Assembly (NCBI GenBank): GCA_036381155.1 | Contig: DASVDJ010000035.1 | Location: forward strand, 73,755-137,754 | Reading direction: 5' to 3' | DNA length: 64,000 nt | DNA from: Vicinamibacterales bacterium | Lineage (GTDB): Bacteria; Acidobacteriota; Vicinamibacteria; Vicinamibacterales; JAENWD01 | Shown: positions 1 through 8,818 of the stretch, one piece after another | Position numbering within the stretch: position 1 is the stretch's first letter | How the letters are laid out: every line of letters begins with the position of its first letter | Notes under the pieces: generated by a model | Seen by the model: the letters and a program-made list of their open reading frames with translations, nothing else | Database searches by the model: none | What the model was told of the DNA's origin: nothing | Made by a program: the position numbers and the translations under genes

Positions 1-126
1 AAGGGGCGCCAGGGCAGCCCGGTCGGGCGCACGCTGCTGATGTCGCCGGCCATGGTGGCGGCCGCCGCCATCGCGGGCGAGGTCGTCGACGTGCGCACGC
101 TCCTGCGCGAGGAGGTGACGGCATGA
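1..126 (+). CDS. leuC: 3-isopropylmalate dehydratase large subunit, 3' end (5' part outside window)
   Basis: Frame 1 reads ...[33 protein letters not shown] to TGA 124-126, a typical LeuC C-terminus. ATGA overlap with the leuD start. Confidence 0.8.
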   Translation, partial: KGRQGSPVGRTLLMSPAMVAAAAIAGEVVDVRTLLREEVTA

Positions 127-716
127 GCGCGAGCCGCATCGAACGGGTGACCGGACGGGCGCTGCCGCTGCGCGGCGACGACATCGACACCGATCGCATC
201 ATCCCGGCGCGCTACCTGAAGGCGGTGTCGTTCGAAGGGCTCGAGCAGCACGTCTTCGCCGACGACCGGAGCGACCCGGCGCACCCGTTCAACCAGCCGC
301 AGTATCAGGGCGCGCGCGTGCTGATCGTCAACCGCAACTTCGGGTGTGGCAGCTCGCGGGAACACGCGCCCCAGGCACTCCAGCGCTGGGGCATCCAGGC
401 GGTCGTCGGCGAGGGGTTCTCCGAGATCTTCTTCGGCAACAGCGTCTCGCTGGGACTGCCGTGCCTGACGATCACGCCCGAGGACGCCGACCGCCTTCAG
501 GCCGCTGTCGAAGCCGAACCGTCGCTCGAGGTCGTCGTCGACGTCGCGGCCCTGACCGTCACGGCCGGGTCGTTGTCGGTGAAGGCATCCATGCCGGCCG
601 CGGCACGCGACGCGCTCGTCTCCGGGCTCTGGGACGGCACGGGCCTGCTGCTCGCCGACTTCGACCAGGTCCACGCGCTGAGCCAGACACTGCCGTACGT
701 GACCGGCCGCTGGTAG
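123..716 (+). CDS. leuD: 3-isopropylmalate dehydratase small subunit
   Basis: 197 aa. The N-terminus [25 protein letters not shown] and [11 protein letters not shown] are classic LeuD motifs. Coupled to leuC. Confidence 0.95.
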   Translation: MSASRIERVTGRALPLRGDDIDTDRIIPARYLKAVSFEGLEQHVFADDRSDPAHPFNQPQYQGARVLIVNRNFGCGSSREHAPQALQRWGIQAVVGEGFSEIFFGNSVSLGLPCLTITPEDADRLQAAVEAEPSLEVVVDVAALTVTAGSLSVKASMPAAARDALVSGLWDGTGLLLADFDQVHALSQTLPYVTGRW

Positions 717-765
717 CGCGGCCGGTCTCTCGCGCACCGATGCACCGGATCGGCGCGCGTCCCCC

Positions 766-888
766 CTATTCCTGCGACAGCGCGATGACGGGATTCACGC
801 GAGTGGCCCGTCTCGCCGGACCGAAACAGGCGACAAGCGCCGTCATCGCGAGCACGCCGAGCGCGATCAGCAGCACGGCCGGCTCGAG
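766..888 (-). pseudogene. Orphan C-terminal remnant of an FtsX/MacB-type (ADOP-like) permease
   Basis: The minus frame reads LEPAVLLIALGVLAMTALVACFGPARRATRVNPVIALSQE then stop (766-768). This is the last TM helix plus the conserved permease tail. An in-frame stop lies 55 codons upstream, and there is no start or upstream domain. Confidence 0.4.
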
Positions 889-954
889 CGTGCCGACGCC
901 GCCACGGCGCCTGCGAACCCCACGGCCAGTCTACCCGGCCCGGCCGCGGCGGGT

Positions 955-1857
955 TCAGGCCCGCTCGACGGCACCGTCCGGCGTGTGCTGCTTCGCGATG
1001 TGTAGGAACGCCGACGCGGCGTGGCTCATCTCGCCGCTGCGGCGGTACACCAGCCGGAGCTGGCGCTGGAGGCGGACCTGCTGGACCTTGACCGCCGCCA
1101 GGCTGCCGCGCGCGATCTCGGCCAGCGCGCAGCGCCGCGGGAGCATCGCGACCCCGAGCTTCATCTCGACCGCGCGCTTGATCGCCTCGAGGCTGGGCAG
1201 CGCGAGCTGGATGTTGATCGGCGCGTGCTTCTGCTCGAACGTCCGGAGGACGCGCTCGCGCGCGGGCGACGGGTCGTTGTGCGCGATGACCGTCTCGCGG
1301 CCGAACTCGGCGAGCGACACCTCCTTGCGGCTGGCCAGCGGATGCTGCGGGTGCACGAGCATCACGAGGTCGTCGGGGCCGAGCGCGACCGTCATCAGCC
1401 CGCGCTCGGCCGGCTGGAACGTGATCACGCCGAAGTCGAGGCTGCCCTGCGCGACCTCCACCCCCACCTGCCGCGACGGGACGCGCCGCACGTCGACCTG
1501 GATCTCGGGGTGGGCGTGGCGGAAGCGGGCGATGAGCGGCAGCAGTGCGTGGACGGCCGCTTCGTTGGCGCCGATGAGCACCCGGCCGCGACGCAGATCG
1601 CGGAGCTCACGGACGGCGGTCTCGGCCTCCTCCGACAGGCGCATCAGCCGCTGCGCATAGTCGCGCAGCACCCGCCCCGCCTCGGTGAGGGCTCCCTGTT
1701 TGGACGACCGGTCGAAGAGCCGCTCCCCCAGTTCGTCCTCGAGCCGGCGGATGGCCTGGCTGACGGCGGGCTGGGTGCGGTGCAGCTTGGCGGCCGCCCG
1801 CGAGAAGCTCCGCTCGGCGGCGACGGTCAGAAAAACCTGGAGCTCGGACAGTTCCAT
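955..1857 (-). CDS. LysR-family transcriptional regulator
   Basis: 300 aa. HTH MELSELQVFLTVAAERSFSRAAAKLHRTQPAVSQAIRRLEDELG followed by a LysR substrate-binding region. Divergent from leuA. Confidence 0.9.
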   Translation of the reverse strand: MELSELQVFLTVAAERSFSRAAAKLHRTQPAVSQAIRRLEDELGERLFDRSSKQGALTEAGRVLRDYAQRLMRLSEEAETAVRELRDLRRGRVLIGANEAAVHALLPLIARFRHAHPEIQVDVRRVPSRQVGVEVAQGSLDFGVITFQPAERGLMTVALGPDDLVMLVHPQHPLASRKEVSLAEFGRETVIAHNDPSPARERVLRTFEQKHAPINIQLALPSLEAIKRAVEMKLGVAMLPRRCALAEIARGSLAAVKVQQVRLQRQLRLVYRRSGEMSHAASAFLHIAKQHTPDGAVERA

Positions 1858-1890
1858 GCGGCGTTCCCGGGCTGCGGAGGCGTGAACGGC

Positions 1891-1916
1891 TGCGGACCGG
1901 CATAATCCGCAGTTAT
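1891..1916. promoter_or_regulatory. Candidate LysR-type operator in the LysR/leuA divergent spacer
   Basis: ATAATCCGCAGTTAT (1902-1916; ATAA-N7-TTAT, fits a T-N11-A box) overlaps the inverted repeat TGCGGA-N9-TCCGCA (1891-1911). It lies at the edge of the only clearly AT-rich stretch I noticed in the window. Confidence 0.35.
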
Positions 1917-1987
1917 CAAAGGGTAAAAACTATAGACTTGACTGTATACTGACCGCAACCCCAGAATCGAGGGGGTCCGGAGGACAC

Positions 1988-3226
1988 ATGGGAGTCGACC
2001 GCGTCACGATCTTCGACACGACCCTGCGCGATGGCGAACAGGCGCCGGGGTTCTCGCTGCGCGTTTCCGAGAAGCTGCAGCTGGCGCGGCAGCTCGACGC
2101 GCTCGGGGTCGACCTGATCGAAGCGGGCTTCCCGATTGCCTCGGAGGCGGATGCCGAAGCGGTGTCGCTCATCGCGAGCGAGGTGCGCCGTCCCGTGACG
2201 GCGGCGCTCGCCCGCTGCCGCCCGGAGGACGTCGATTGCGCCGGCCGCGCCCTCGCGCGCGGCGAGCGGGTCCGCATCCACACGTTCATCGCGACGTCGG
2301 ACCTCCACCTCGAGAAGAAGCTGCACATCACGCGCGAGGCCTGCATCGACGCGGCGGTCGCCGCGGTCAGGCAGGCGCGGCAGTACACGGACGACGTCCA
2401 GTTCTCCGCCGAAGACGCCACGCGCAGCGACCTCGAGTTCCTCTGTCGGGTCGTCGAGGCGGTCATCAAGGCCGGCGCGACGACGGTCAATCTGCCCGAC
2501 ACCGTCGGCTACTCGACCCCGGACGAAATCTACGAGTTCTTCCACGCCATCCTCACCCGCGTTCCCAACTCCGACAAGGCCGTCTTCAGCGCGCACTGCC
2601 ACGACGATCTCGGGCTGGCGGTCGCCAACACCCTGGCCGCACTGCGCGCCGGCGCGCGGCAGGTCGAGTGCACGGTCAACGGCATCGGCGAGCGTGCGGG
2701 CAACGCGTCGCTCGAGGAGGTCGTGATGGCGACGCGGGTGCGCCAGGATCGACTGCCCTTCCAGACGGGCATCAACACCCAGCAGATCTACGCGGCGAGC
2801 CAGCTCCTCACCCGTCTCACCGGCGAGCCCGTGCAGGCCAACAAGGCCATCGTCGGGCGCAACGCCTTCGCGCACGAGGCCGGCATCCACCAGGACGGGA
2901 TGCTGAAGGACCGCCGGACGTACGAGATCATGCGGCCGGAGGACGTCGGCGTGCCGTCGACGACGCTGGTGCTGGGCAAGCATTCCGGCCGGCATGCCGT
3001 CCAGCACCGTGTCAAGGAGCTGGGCCTCGAGATCTCGCGGCTCGAGCTCGATCGGCTGTACCGCCGGATGGTCGCGCTCGCCGACCAGCAGAAGACGGTC
3101 TCCGACGAAGAGCTCATCCGCATGGTCGAGCAGCTCCGCACGGAGGCCGAACCGGCCGCCGCGCACGCCGGCGGGCCTCGCCACGGGGCCGGAACCGAAG
3201 AGGTCGGCTACGGTCACGGCGTCTGA
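1988..3226 (+). CDS. leuA: 2-isopropylmalate synthase-family enzyme (short form, catalytic core only)
   Basis: 412 aa. [17 protein letters not shown] and [14 protein letters not shown] are motifs of the HMGL-like barrel. Positioned between leuD and leuB. Confidence 0.88.
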   Translation: MGVDRVTIFDTTLRDGEQAPGFSLRVSEKLQLARQLDALGVDLIEAGFPIASEADAEAVSLIASEVRRPVTAALARCRPEDVDCAGRALARGERVRIHTFIATSDLHLEKKLHITREACIDAAVAAVRQARQYTDDVQFSAEDATRSDLEFLCRVVEAVIKAGATTVNLPDTVGYSTPDEIYEFFHAILTRVPNSDKAVFSAHCHDDLGLAVANTLAALRAGARQVECTVNGIGERAGNASLEEVVMATRVRQDRLPFQTGINTQQIYAASQLLTRLTGEPVQANKAIVGRNAFAHEAGIHQDGMLKDRRTYEIMRPEDVGVPSTTLVLGKHSGRHAVQHRVKELGLEISRLELDRLYRRMVALADQQKTVSDEELIRMVEQLRTEAEPAAAHAGGPRHGAGTEEVGYGHGV

Positions 3227-3256
3227 GCCGGGGCCACCCCGCCCGCACACACACCC

Positions 3257-3280
3257 GCGGCCGGCCCATGCGCCGGCCGC
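3257..3280 (+). other. Intercistronic hairpin between leuA and leuB
   Basis: A 9-bp perfect stem GCGGCCGGC/GCCGGCCGC with a 6-nt loop, 12 nt before the leuB ATG. Confidence 0.35.
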
Positions 3281-3292
3281 ATCCGGATTCCG

Positions 3293-4360
3293 ATGCAGAT
3301 TGCACTCGCCGTCATCCCCGGGGACGGGGTCGGCCCCGAAGTGATCGCGGCCGCCTCCGACGTCCTCGACGCGGTCGCCGATCGGTTCGGCCACACCGTC
3401 ACCCGTGAAACGCTGCTGATGGGCGGCGCGGCCCTTCGCGCCGGCCGCCCGGCCCTGCCGCCGGAAACGCTCGACGCCTGCCGTCGCGCCGGTGCGACCC
3501 TGATGGGCGCGGTCGGCGACCCCGCGTTCGACCACCTGCCGTCGAAGGAACGTCCCGAAGGCGGGTTGCTCGCGCTGCGGAAGGGGCTCGGCGTCTACGC
3601 GAATCTCCGGCCGACGCGCATCTGGCCGGGCCTGGAGTCGGCGGCTCCCCTGCGCCCCGAGATCGCGGCCGGCGCAGATCTGCTGATCGTCCGCGAGCTG
3701 ACCGGCGGGCTGTACTTCGGCGAGCCGCGCCAGATCGACCGCGCGGCCGGTGAGGCCTTCAACACGATGCGCTACACGCGGCCGGAGATCGAGCGGATCG
3801 CGCGCGTGGCGTTCGAGGCGGCGCGGCGGCGCCGCCGCCATCTCACGTCGGTCGACAAGGCCAACGTGCTCGAGACCTCGCAGCTGTGGCGGGCGGTGGT
3901 GGACGAGGTCGCGGCCGGCTATCCCGACGTGACGGTCCAGCACATGTACGTCGACGCCTGCGCGATGGCGCTGGTGACCAACCCCACGCGGTTCGACGTG
4001 ATCCTCACCGAGAACCTGTTCGGCGACATCCTTTCCGACGAGGCCGCGGTGATCGCCGGGTCGATCGGCCTGCTGCCGTCGGCCAGCCTCGGCGACGGCC
4101 CGGGGCTGTACGAGCCGGTCCACGGCTCGGCGCCCGACATCGCCGGCCAGGACCGCGCGAACCCGCTGGGCACGATTGCGTCGCTCGCGATGCTGCTGCG
4201 CTACAGCTTCGGGCTCGAGGCCGAAGCGGCGGCCGTGGAGCGCGCGATCGAGGCCACGCTGCAGGCCGGCGAGCGCACGGCCGATCTGCCTGGCACGAGC
4301 GCGCCGATCGGCTGCCGCGAGATGGGCGCCCGCGTCGCCGCCCGCGTCCGCGCGTCCTGA
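3293..4360 (+). CDS. leuB: 3-isopropylmalate dehydrogenase
   Basis: 355 aa. IAVIPGDGVGPEV and NLFGDILSDEAAVIAGSIGLLPSASLG are signatures of isopropylmalate/isocitrate dehydrogenases. Confidence 0.95.
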   Translation: MQIALAVIPGDGVGPEVIAAASDVLDAVADRFGHTVTRETLLMGGAALRAGRPALPPETLDACRRAGATLMGAVGDPAFDHLPSKERPEGGLLALRKGLGVYANLRPTRIWPGLESAAPLRPEIAAGADLLIVRELTGGLYFGEPRQIDRAAGEAFNTMRYTRPEIERIARVAFEAARRRRRHLTSVDKANVLETSQLWRAVVDEVAAGYPDVTVQHMYVDACAMALVTNPTRFDVILTENLFGDILSDEAAVIAGSIGLLPSASLGDGPGLYEPVHGSAPDIAGQDRANPLGTIASLAMLLRYSFGLEAEAAAVERAIEATLQAGERTADLPGTSAPIGCREMGARVAARVRAS

Positions 4361-4387
4361 TTCGCCGCGTCGCAATTCCGTACGGGT

Positions 4388-4425
4388 GGTGTCTGACACC
4401 GGTACCGGTACGGGTGTCAGACACC
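4388..4425 (+). terminator. Stem-loop after leuB (putative intrinsic terminator, no T-tract)
   Basis: A perfect 13-bp inverted repeat GGTGTCTGACACC / GGTGTCAGACACC with a 12-nt loop, 28 nt after the leuB stop. Confidence 0.5.
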
Positions 4426-4590
4426 CGGACCGGCATCGCGCGGAGCATGACGGCGAGGCGTCAGCCGGCGTGACGCACTGGCGGGCACTGCCGTGCACAT
4501 CGCGGCAGGCGCGGCTCTCATCGACCCGGGCATCGGACTTGCGGACGTCTCGCCAGGCGGCGCCTGCGCCGCCGGGAGGTGTTCGCACGC

Positions 4591-4941
4591 ATGTCGATCA
4601 ACCCGCTCCAGACGGCGAGCCCGATCGAGCAGCTCGCGCGCTCGCTCGTCGATCGCTTCGACGTCAACCGTGACGGCCAGCTGACGACGGACGAGTTCAC
4701 GACGGTCCTCTCGTCGCTCGCCGACCGTGCGCGTTCGGCGGCGGCCGGCGTGGCCGGGGCCGAGGGCGCGCGCCCGCAGGATCTCCCGCCCGCGTTCGCC
4801 GACGGGCGCAAGGCGCTCGAGCCGCTGCTGGCCGGCAACCTGTCGGAACCCGCTCTGCAGCACGCGAAGTCGTGGCTGGTCGAGATGGTCCGGCGGTACG
4901 CCGACGTGGCCAGCCTGCCGGAGCCTGGCGGCACGCGCTGA
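4591..4941 (+). CDS. Small EF-hand calcium-binding-motif protein (hypothetical)
   Basis: 116 aa from ATG 4591, with GGGAGG 11 nt upstream (an alternative GTG lies at 4579). DVNRDGQLTTDEF fits the canonical 12-residue EF-hand loop. GC3 is high in this frame. Confidence 0.6.
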   Translation: MSINPLQTASPIEQLARSLVDRFDVNRDGQLTTDEFTTVLSSLADRARSAAAGVAGAEGARPQDLPPAFADGRKALEPLLAGNLSEPALQHAKSWLVEMVRRYADVASLPEPGGTR

Positions 4942-4957
4942 CGCCGTTCGGCCCCGC

Positions 4958-6037
4958 TCAACAGGCGCGTGCCTGCACCGTCGAGGGCGCACGGACGTCC
5001 AGCGCCTCGAACGCCTCGACGATGGCGGCCGGCATGCCGAGCAGCGAGACGACGCGGCCGGCCGCTCCCCGGCGGATCGCCTCGCGCGGCATGCCGAAGA
5101 CGACGCAGGAGTGCTCGTCCTGGACGATGGTCTGCGCCCCCTGCATGCGCAGCGCGAGCAGGCCGTCGGCGCCGTCGGCGCCCATCCCCGTCAGCAGGCA
5201 CGCGACGACCGGCACCCCGTGCAGCCTGGCCAGCGAGTGGAACAGCACGTCCACCGACGGCCGCTGGTGATGCACCGGCGGCCCCTGCCGCACCGAGACC
5301 CGCAGCTTCACACCGGTCGCCTCCACCACCATGTGAAAGTCACCGGGCGCCACGAGCGCCTGGCCGCGCCGCAGCGGCGTGCCGTCCTGCGCTTCGACGA
5401 CCCGCATCGGACACGAGGCATCGAGCCGTTCGGCGTACGCGCGGGTGAAGCCCGCCGGCATGTGCTGCACGATCACGATTGGCGGACAGTCCGCGGGCAG
5501 GCGTGTCAGCAGTGCTTCCGTCGCGCGCGTGCCGCCGGTGGAGGCGCCGATCGCCAGCACGCCGCGCAGCCGGCGCCGGGCCGGGCGGGCCGGCGCGACG
5601 TCGACGGGGACCGTGGCGCGGTCGAAGCGGAACGTGCCGGCACGTGCGGCGCGGATGGCGGTCTTCAGGCGTTCCGCGACCTGCGAGACGGTATAGGGAC
5701 CACCCGGCTTCGGGATGACGTCGATGGCGCCGGCACGGAGCGCCTCGACGCTCGCCGCCGACCCGGACCGTGTGAGGGAGCTGACGACGATCACCGGCAG
5801 CGGATGGTGCGCCATCAGCCGCCGCAGGAACGTCAGGCCGTCCATGCGCGGCATCTCGAGATCCAGCGTGATGACGTGCGGTTCGTGCTGGAGGATCAGG
5901 TCGCGCGCGATGAACGGATCGGCGGCGGCGCCGACGACCTCGAAGTCGTCCTCCGCGGCGAGTGACTCCGCCAGCATGGTCCGCACGACGGCCGAGTCGT
6001 CGACGATCAGCACGCGTCTCGGCTGCCGCGCGGTCAT
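4958..6037 (-). CDS. cheB: Chemotaxis response regulator protein-glutamate methylesterase
   Basis: 359 aa from ATG 6037. REC domain (RVLIVDDSAVVR, DLEMPRMDG) plus CheB esterase motifs (GASTGG, QHMPAGFT, GMGADG). The ATG overlaps the cheX stop (ATGA). Confidence 0.93.
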   Translation of the reverse strand: MTARQPRRVLIVDDSAVVRTMLAESLAAEDDFEVVGAAADPFIARDLILQHEPHVITLDLEMPRMDGLTFLRRLMAHHPLPVIVVSSLTRSGSAASVEALRAGAIDVIPKPGGPYTVSQVAERLKTAIRAARAGTFRFDRATVPVDVAPARPARRRLRGVLAIGASTGGTRATEALLTRLPADCPPIVIVQHMPAGFTRAYAERLDASCPMRVVEAQDGTPLRRGQALVAPGDFHMVVEATGVKLRVSVRQGPPVHHQRPSVDVLFHSLARLHGVPVVACLLTGMGADGADGLLALRMQGAQTIVQDEHSCVVFGMPREAIRRGAAGRVVSLLGMPAAIVEAFEALDVRAPSTVQARAC

Positions 6038-6513
6038 GCGTCGTCCTCGAACCGGAGCCGCAGCCACGCCGGCTGCCCGTTGATCGCCACGCACAGCGCG
6101 TCGGCATCGACGGCCGGCGACCCGTCGCGCCGGACGGCCGGCGCGCGCAGCTGGAACTGCCGCCGCCCGCACGTGCGGGTGAGCCAGCGGCCGCAGACCA
6201 TGTTGCCGAACTCGCCGACCAGGTCGAACAGCTCCCGCTCGAGCGGCACCGCGTCGGGCTCGCAGCCGAGGAAGGCGCAGTAGAGATCGCGCGCCAGCGG
6301 CTCTGGCAGCACGACGCGCAGCTCGCCGCCGAACGCGCCGCCGAACCCGACGTCCACGCACAGCCACGCGCCCGCGTCGCCGGAGGCGTCCTCGCCTGGC
6401 GACTCGACGCAGGCGAAGAAGCTCTCGGCCGCGACCTCGTCCAGCGCGGCGGCGAGCGACTCGCGATGCTCGGCGGGCTCAGGGGTGCGCCGCCGCAATC
6501 TCGGCGAGGACAT
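6034..6513 (-). CDS. cheX: CheX/CheC-family CheY-P phosphatase
   Basis: 159 aa. It carries the E-x2-N motif of the CheC/CheX/FliY family (DLVGEFGNMVCG). GGAGG lies 9 nt before the ATG, and the start overlaps the cheY 3' end. Confidence 0.72.
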   Translation of the reverse strand: MSSPRLRRRTPEPAEHRESLAAALDEVAAESFFACVESPGEDASGDAGAWLCVDVGFGGAFGGELRVVLPEPLARDLYCAFLGCEPDAVPLERELFDLVGEFGNMVCGRWLTRTCGRRQFQLRAPAVRRDGSPAVDADALCVAINGQPAWLRLRFEDDA

Positions 6514-6889
6514 CGCGCATCACCTCCGGTCTGAGCGGCTTCTCCAGGTACAGCTGCACGTCGAGGCCGCCGGCTTCCGCGCGCCGCGAGGCGGAACCGT
6601 CGGTGGAGATGACGACGCGGCGCAGGTGGGGCCAGCGCCCATCGCGCGCGATCCGGCGCAGCAGGTCGATGCCCGTCATCCCGGGCATGTTGAGGTCCGT
6701 GAACAGCGCGTCGATCCGTTCCCGCTCGAGCACCGCCATGGCCTCCAGGCCGTTTGCGGCTTCGTGCACGGCGGCGACCTCGATCCCGGAGAGCTCGACC
6801 ACCCGCTTCAGCATCGCCCGCATCGTGGACGAGTCGTCCACGATGAGGAGGCTGATCGGCCGCCCCGTTCCCGGCTCCCGTTCGCTCAT
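6479..6889 (-). CDS. cheY: Chemotaxis response regulator CheY
   Basis: 136 aa single REC domain: LLIVDDSSTMR, FTDLNMPGMTG, ISTDGS, YLEKP. ATGA overlap with the cheD stop. Confidence 0.9.
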   Translation of the reverse strand: MSEREPGTGRPISLLIVDDSSTMRAMLKRVVELSGIEVAAVHEAANGLEAMAVLERERIDALFTDLNMPGMTGIDLLRRIARDGRWPHLRRVVISTDGSASRRAEAGGLDVQLYLEKPLRPEVMRDVLAEIAAAHP

Positions 6890-7446
6890 GGCCTCCGCCC
6901 CCTCAGCATCACCCGCCGGTCACCAACCGCCACGACGATCCGCCCGTCCGCGCCGGCCAGGTAGACCGTCCGCACCGCCGTTCCCCCGACGTCTTCTGCG
7001 CTGACGAGCACGCCGTTGCGCCAGAGCACGTTCTTGATCGCCAGCACGTTGCGCCGGCCGATGCTGAACGGCTGCGTCTCGCCGCGCTCGCCGCACGGGC
7101 TCTCGCCGCCGCCCACGAGCGACACGCGCAGGCGCCGCTTCTCGGCTCCCAACGCGTAGGCGGCCCGGAACAGCAGCGGCATCCCCGTGTCGGCAAACGC
7201 CGCCGGCTGCTCCGCCGCGCGCTGCGGGCTGATGCGCGAGTCGGGCAGCAGCACGTGCAGCAGCCCCGCCACCTCGGCGACGGGGTCCCAGAGACAGACC
7301 GCCACGCAGCTGCCGAGCGCGTGCGTGACGATGACATCCGTGCCCCCGCGCGAAATCGCGAACTCGCCGATCCCGACGACGCGGCGGGAACCCCCGGCGC
7401 CGGGCACGGGAACCGACACATCGACGTCTTCCGACGAGGGCGTCAT
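6886..7446 (-). CDS. cheD: Chemoreceptor glutamine deamidase CheD
   Basis: 186 aa from ATG 7446. GIGEFAIS and THALGSCVAVCLWD are CheD motifs. ATGA overlap with the cheR stop. The 415-aa ORF-track extension is rejected. Confidence 0.9.
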   Translation of the reverse strand: MTPSSEDVDVSVPVPGAGGSRRVVGIGEFAISRGGTDVIVTHALGSCVAVCLWDPVAEVAGLLHVLLPDSRISPQRAAEQPAAFADTGMPLLFRAAYALGAEKRRLRVSLVGGGESPCGERGETQPFSIGRRNVLAIKNVLWRNGVLVSAEDVGGTAVRTVYLAGADGRIVVAVGDRRVMLRGRRP

Positions 7447-8279
7447 GACACGCCGTTCCGCTGGTAGATGGCCGGTGCCACCCACCGGAGGCCGTGGCGC
7501 AGGCCATTGAGGCTCTCCGCGTGCGAGATGAACAGCCACCCGCCCGGCCGGAGGTGCCGCTCGAGCGCCGTGACCACCCGCTGCTGCACCGCCCGATCGA
7601 AGTAGATCATGACGTTGCGGCAGAAGATCACGTCGAACTGGCGGCCCGTCTCGCCGAGCGTCGCGAGGTTCACGCGCTCGAACCGGACCAGCGACCGCGC
7701 CCGGCGGTTCACGCGTGCGAGCCCCTCGTGTGCGCCGAGCCCGCGCTCGAAGTGCCGCCGTCGGAGGTCGTGATCGAGCGCCGACAGCCGCCGTATGGGA
7801 TAGACGCCCGCGGCCGCCGTCCGCAGCGCCCGCGTCGACAGATCGGACGCGAGCACCCGCACCTGCCCGAGCCGCTCCGCCGGGAGCGCGTCGGCCAGCG
7901 TCATCGCGATGCTGTACGGCTCCTCTCCCGTCGCACACGCAGCGCTCCAGATGTCCGGGACCCGATGCGCGAAGGCGGGCAGGACGACGTCGGCGAGAAA
8001 CCGGAAGTGCTGCGGCTCGCGGAAGAACGCGGTGTGGTTGGTCGCGATCGCGTCGAGCAGCGCGACGACCTCCTCGCCGTCCGGATCGGCGACGACGTGG
8101 GCGACGTACTCCCGCAGGCTGCGGAAGCCGCACGCGCGCACCCGGCGCTGCAGCCGCGAGGTCACCAGCGCCCGCTTGCCGTCGTGCAGCGCGATGCCGG
8201 CGCGCTCGTGCACCAGCCGGACGATGGCACGCAGATCGCGGTCGCTGAGCACCTCCGGCTCGATTCGTGTCGCCGGCAT
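7443..8279 (-). CDS. cheR: Chemotaxis protein methyltransferase CheR
   Basis: 278 aa. CheR N-terminal helical domain plus a SAM methyltransferase domain (IWSAACATGEEPYSIAM, FDVIFCRNVMIYFD). Confidence 0.93.
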   Translation of the reverse strand: MPATRIEPEVLSDRDLRAIVRLVHERAGIALHDGKRALVTSRLQRRVRACGFRSLREYVAHVVADPDGEEVVALLDAIATNHTAFFREPQHFRFLADVVLPAFAHRVPDIWSAACATGEEPYSIAMTLADALPAERLGQVRVLASDLSTRALRTAAAGVYPIRRLSALDHDLRRRHFERGLGAHEGLARVNRRARSLVRFERVNLATLGETGRQFDVIFCRNVMIYFDRAVQQRVVTALERHLRPGGWLFISHAESLNGLRHGLRWVAPAIYQRNGVS

Positions 8280-8283
8280 CGGC

Positions 8284-8799
8284 CTAGGCTCCGGGCGTCA
8301 GGGCCGCGTCGGCGCCGAGCACACGATCGAGGTCGAGCAGGATCTTCACGCGCCCTTTCACGGTCGCCACACCCAGGATGTAGTCCGCGCTGGCGCGTGC
8401 CCCGAATTCCGGCGGCGCCTCGAGGTCCGCAGCCGAGAGCGTGAGCACGTCCGACACCGAGTCGACGACGATGCCCATGAGCGCGGTCGACGAGGGCATC
8501 GCCACTTCCACGACGACGATGCAGGTGCGGTCGGTGTAGGCCTGCTCCTCGAAGCCGAACTTCAGGCGCAGGTCGACGACCGGGATCACCTTCCCCCGCA
8601 GGTTCACGACGCCTTTCACGTGGCGTGGCACCTGCGGCACGCTGGTGATGTCCAGCAGCTTGATGATCTCGCGGACCTTCAGCACGCCGACGGCGTAGTC
8701 CTCGCCGGCCAGCGTGAACGTCAGGTACTTGCCCGCCAGCCCTGCGGTGTCCCTGACGTCCGCAGGTGCGGTGACGACGACGGCCTGCTCAGCGCCCAT
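8284..8799 (-). CDS. cheW: Chemotaxis coupling protein CheW
   Basis: 171 aa from ATG 8799, with GGAGGAG upstream. YLTFTLAGEDYAVGVLKVREI and VVNLRGKVIPVVDLR are CheW motifs. Confidence 0.9.
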   Translation of the reverse strand: MGAEQAVVVTAPADVRDTAGLAGKYLTFTLAGEDYAVGVLKVREIIKLLDITSVPQVPRHVKGVVNLRGKVIPVVDLRLKFGFEEQAYTDRTCIVVVEVAMPSSTALMGIVVDSVSDVLTLSAADLEAPPEFGARASADYILGVATVKGRVKILLDLDRVLGADAALTPGA

Positions 8800-8818
8800 C
8801 GAACTTCTCCTCCCCCGT

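Noticed and set aside
4483-4497. A sigma-54-like GGGCAC-tgccg-TGCA upstream of the EF-hand ORF
   Set aside because: The GG-to-GC spacing is 9 nt rather than the invariant 10, so I do not call it a promoter.
1916-4588. An 890-aa minus-strand ORF spanning the leuA-leuB region
   Set aside because: It is an antisense shadow ORF. It is Arg/Ala/Gly/Pro-rich and low-complexity with no recognisable motifs, whereas the plus strand encodes clear LeuA and LeuB. Long stop-free antisense frames are expected at about 70% GC.
4930-4973. A 9-bp inverted repeat GGCACGCGC...GCGCGTGCC spanning the stop codons of the EF-hand ORF and cheB
   Set aside because: The 26-nt loop and the overlap with both coding ends make it a doubtful terminator. 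It could be chance in GC-rich DNA.
4958-6367. Longest-ORF N-terminal extensions in the track: cheB 469 aa, cheD 415 aa, fliI 492 aa, flgF 295 aa, fliM 359 aa, fliP 342 aa, and the pseG, HAD and pseI-containing ORFs.
   Set aside because: The extensions are Arg-rich, overlap the upstream gene's coding region, and precede internal starts that give canonical protein N-termini. Those internal starts often have ATGA/GTGA coupling or a GGAGG at 5-9 nt. Starts were reassigned accordingly.
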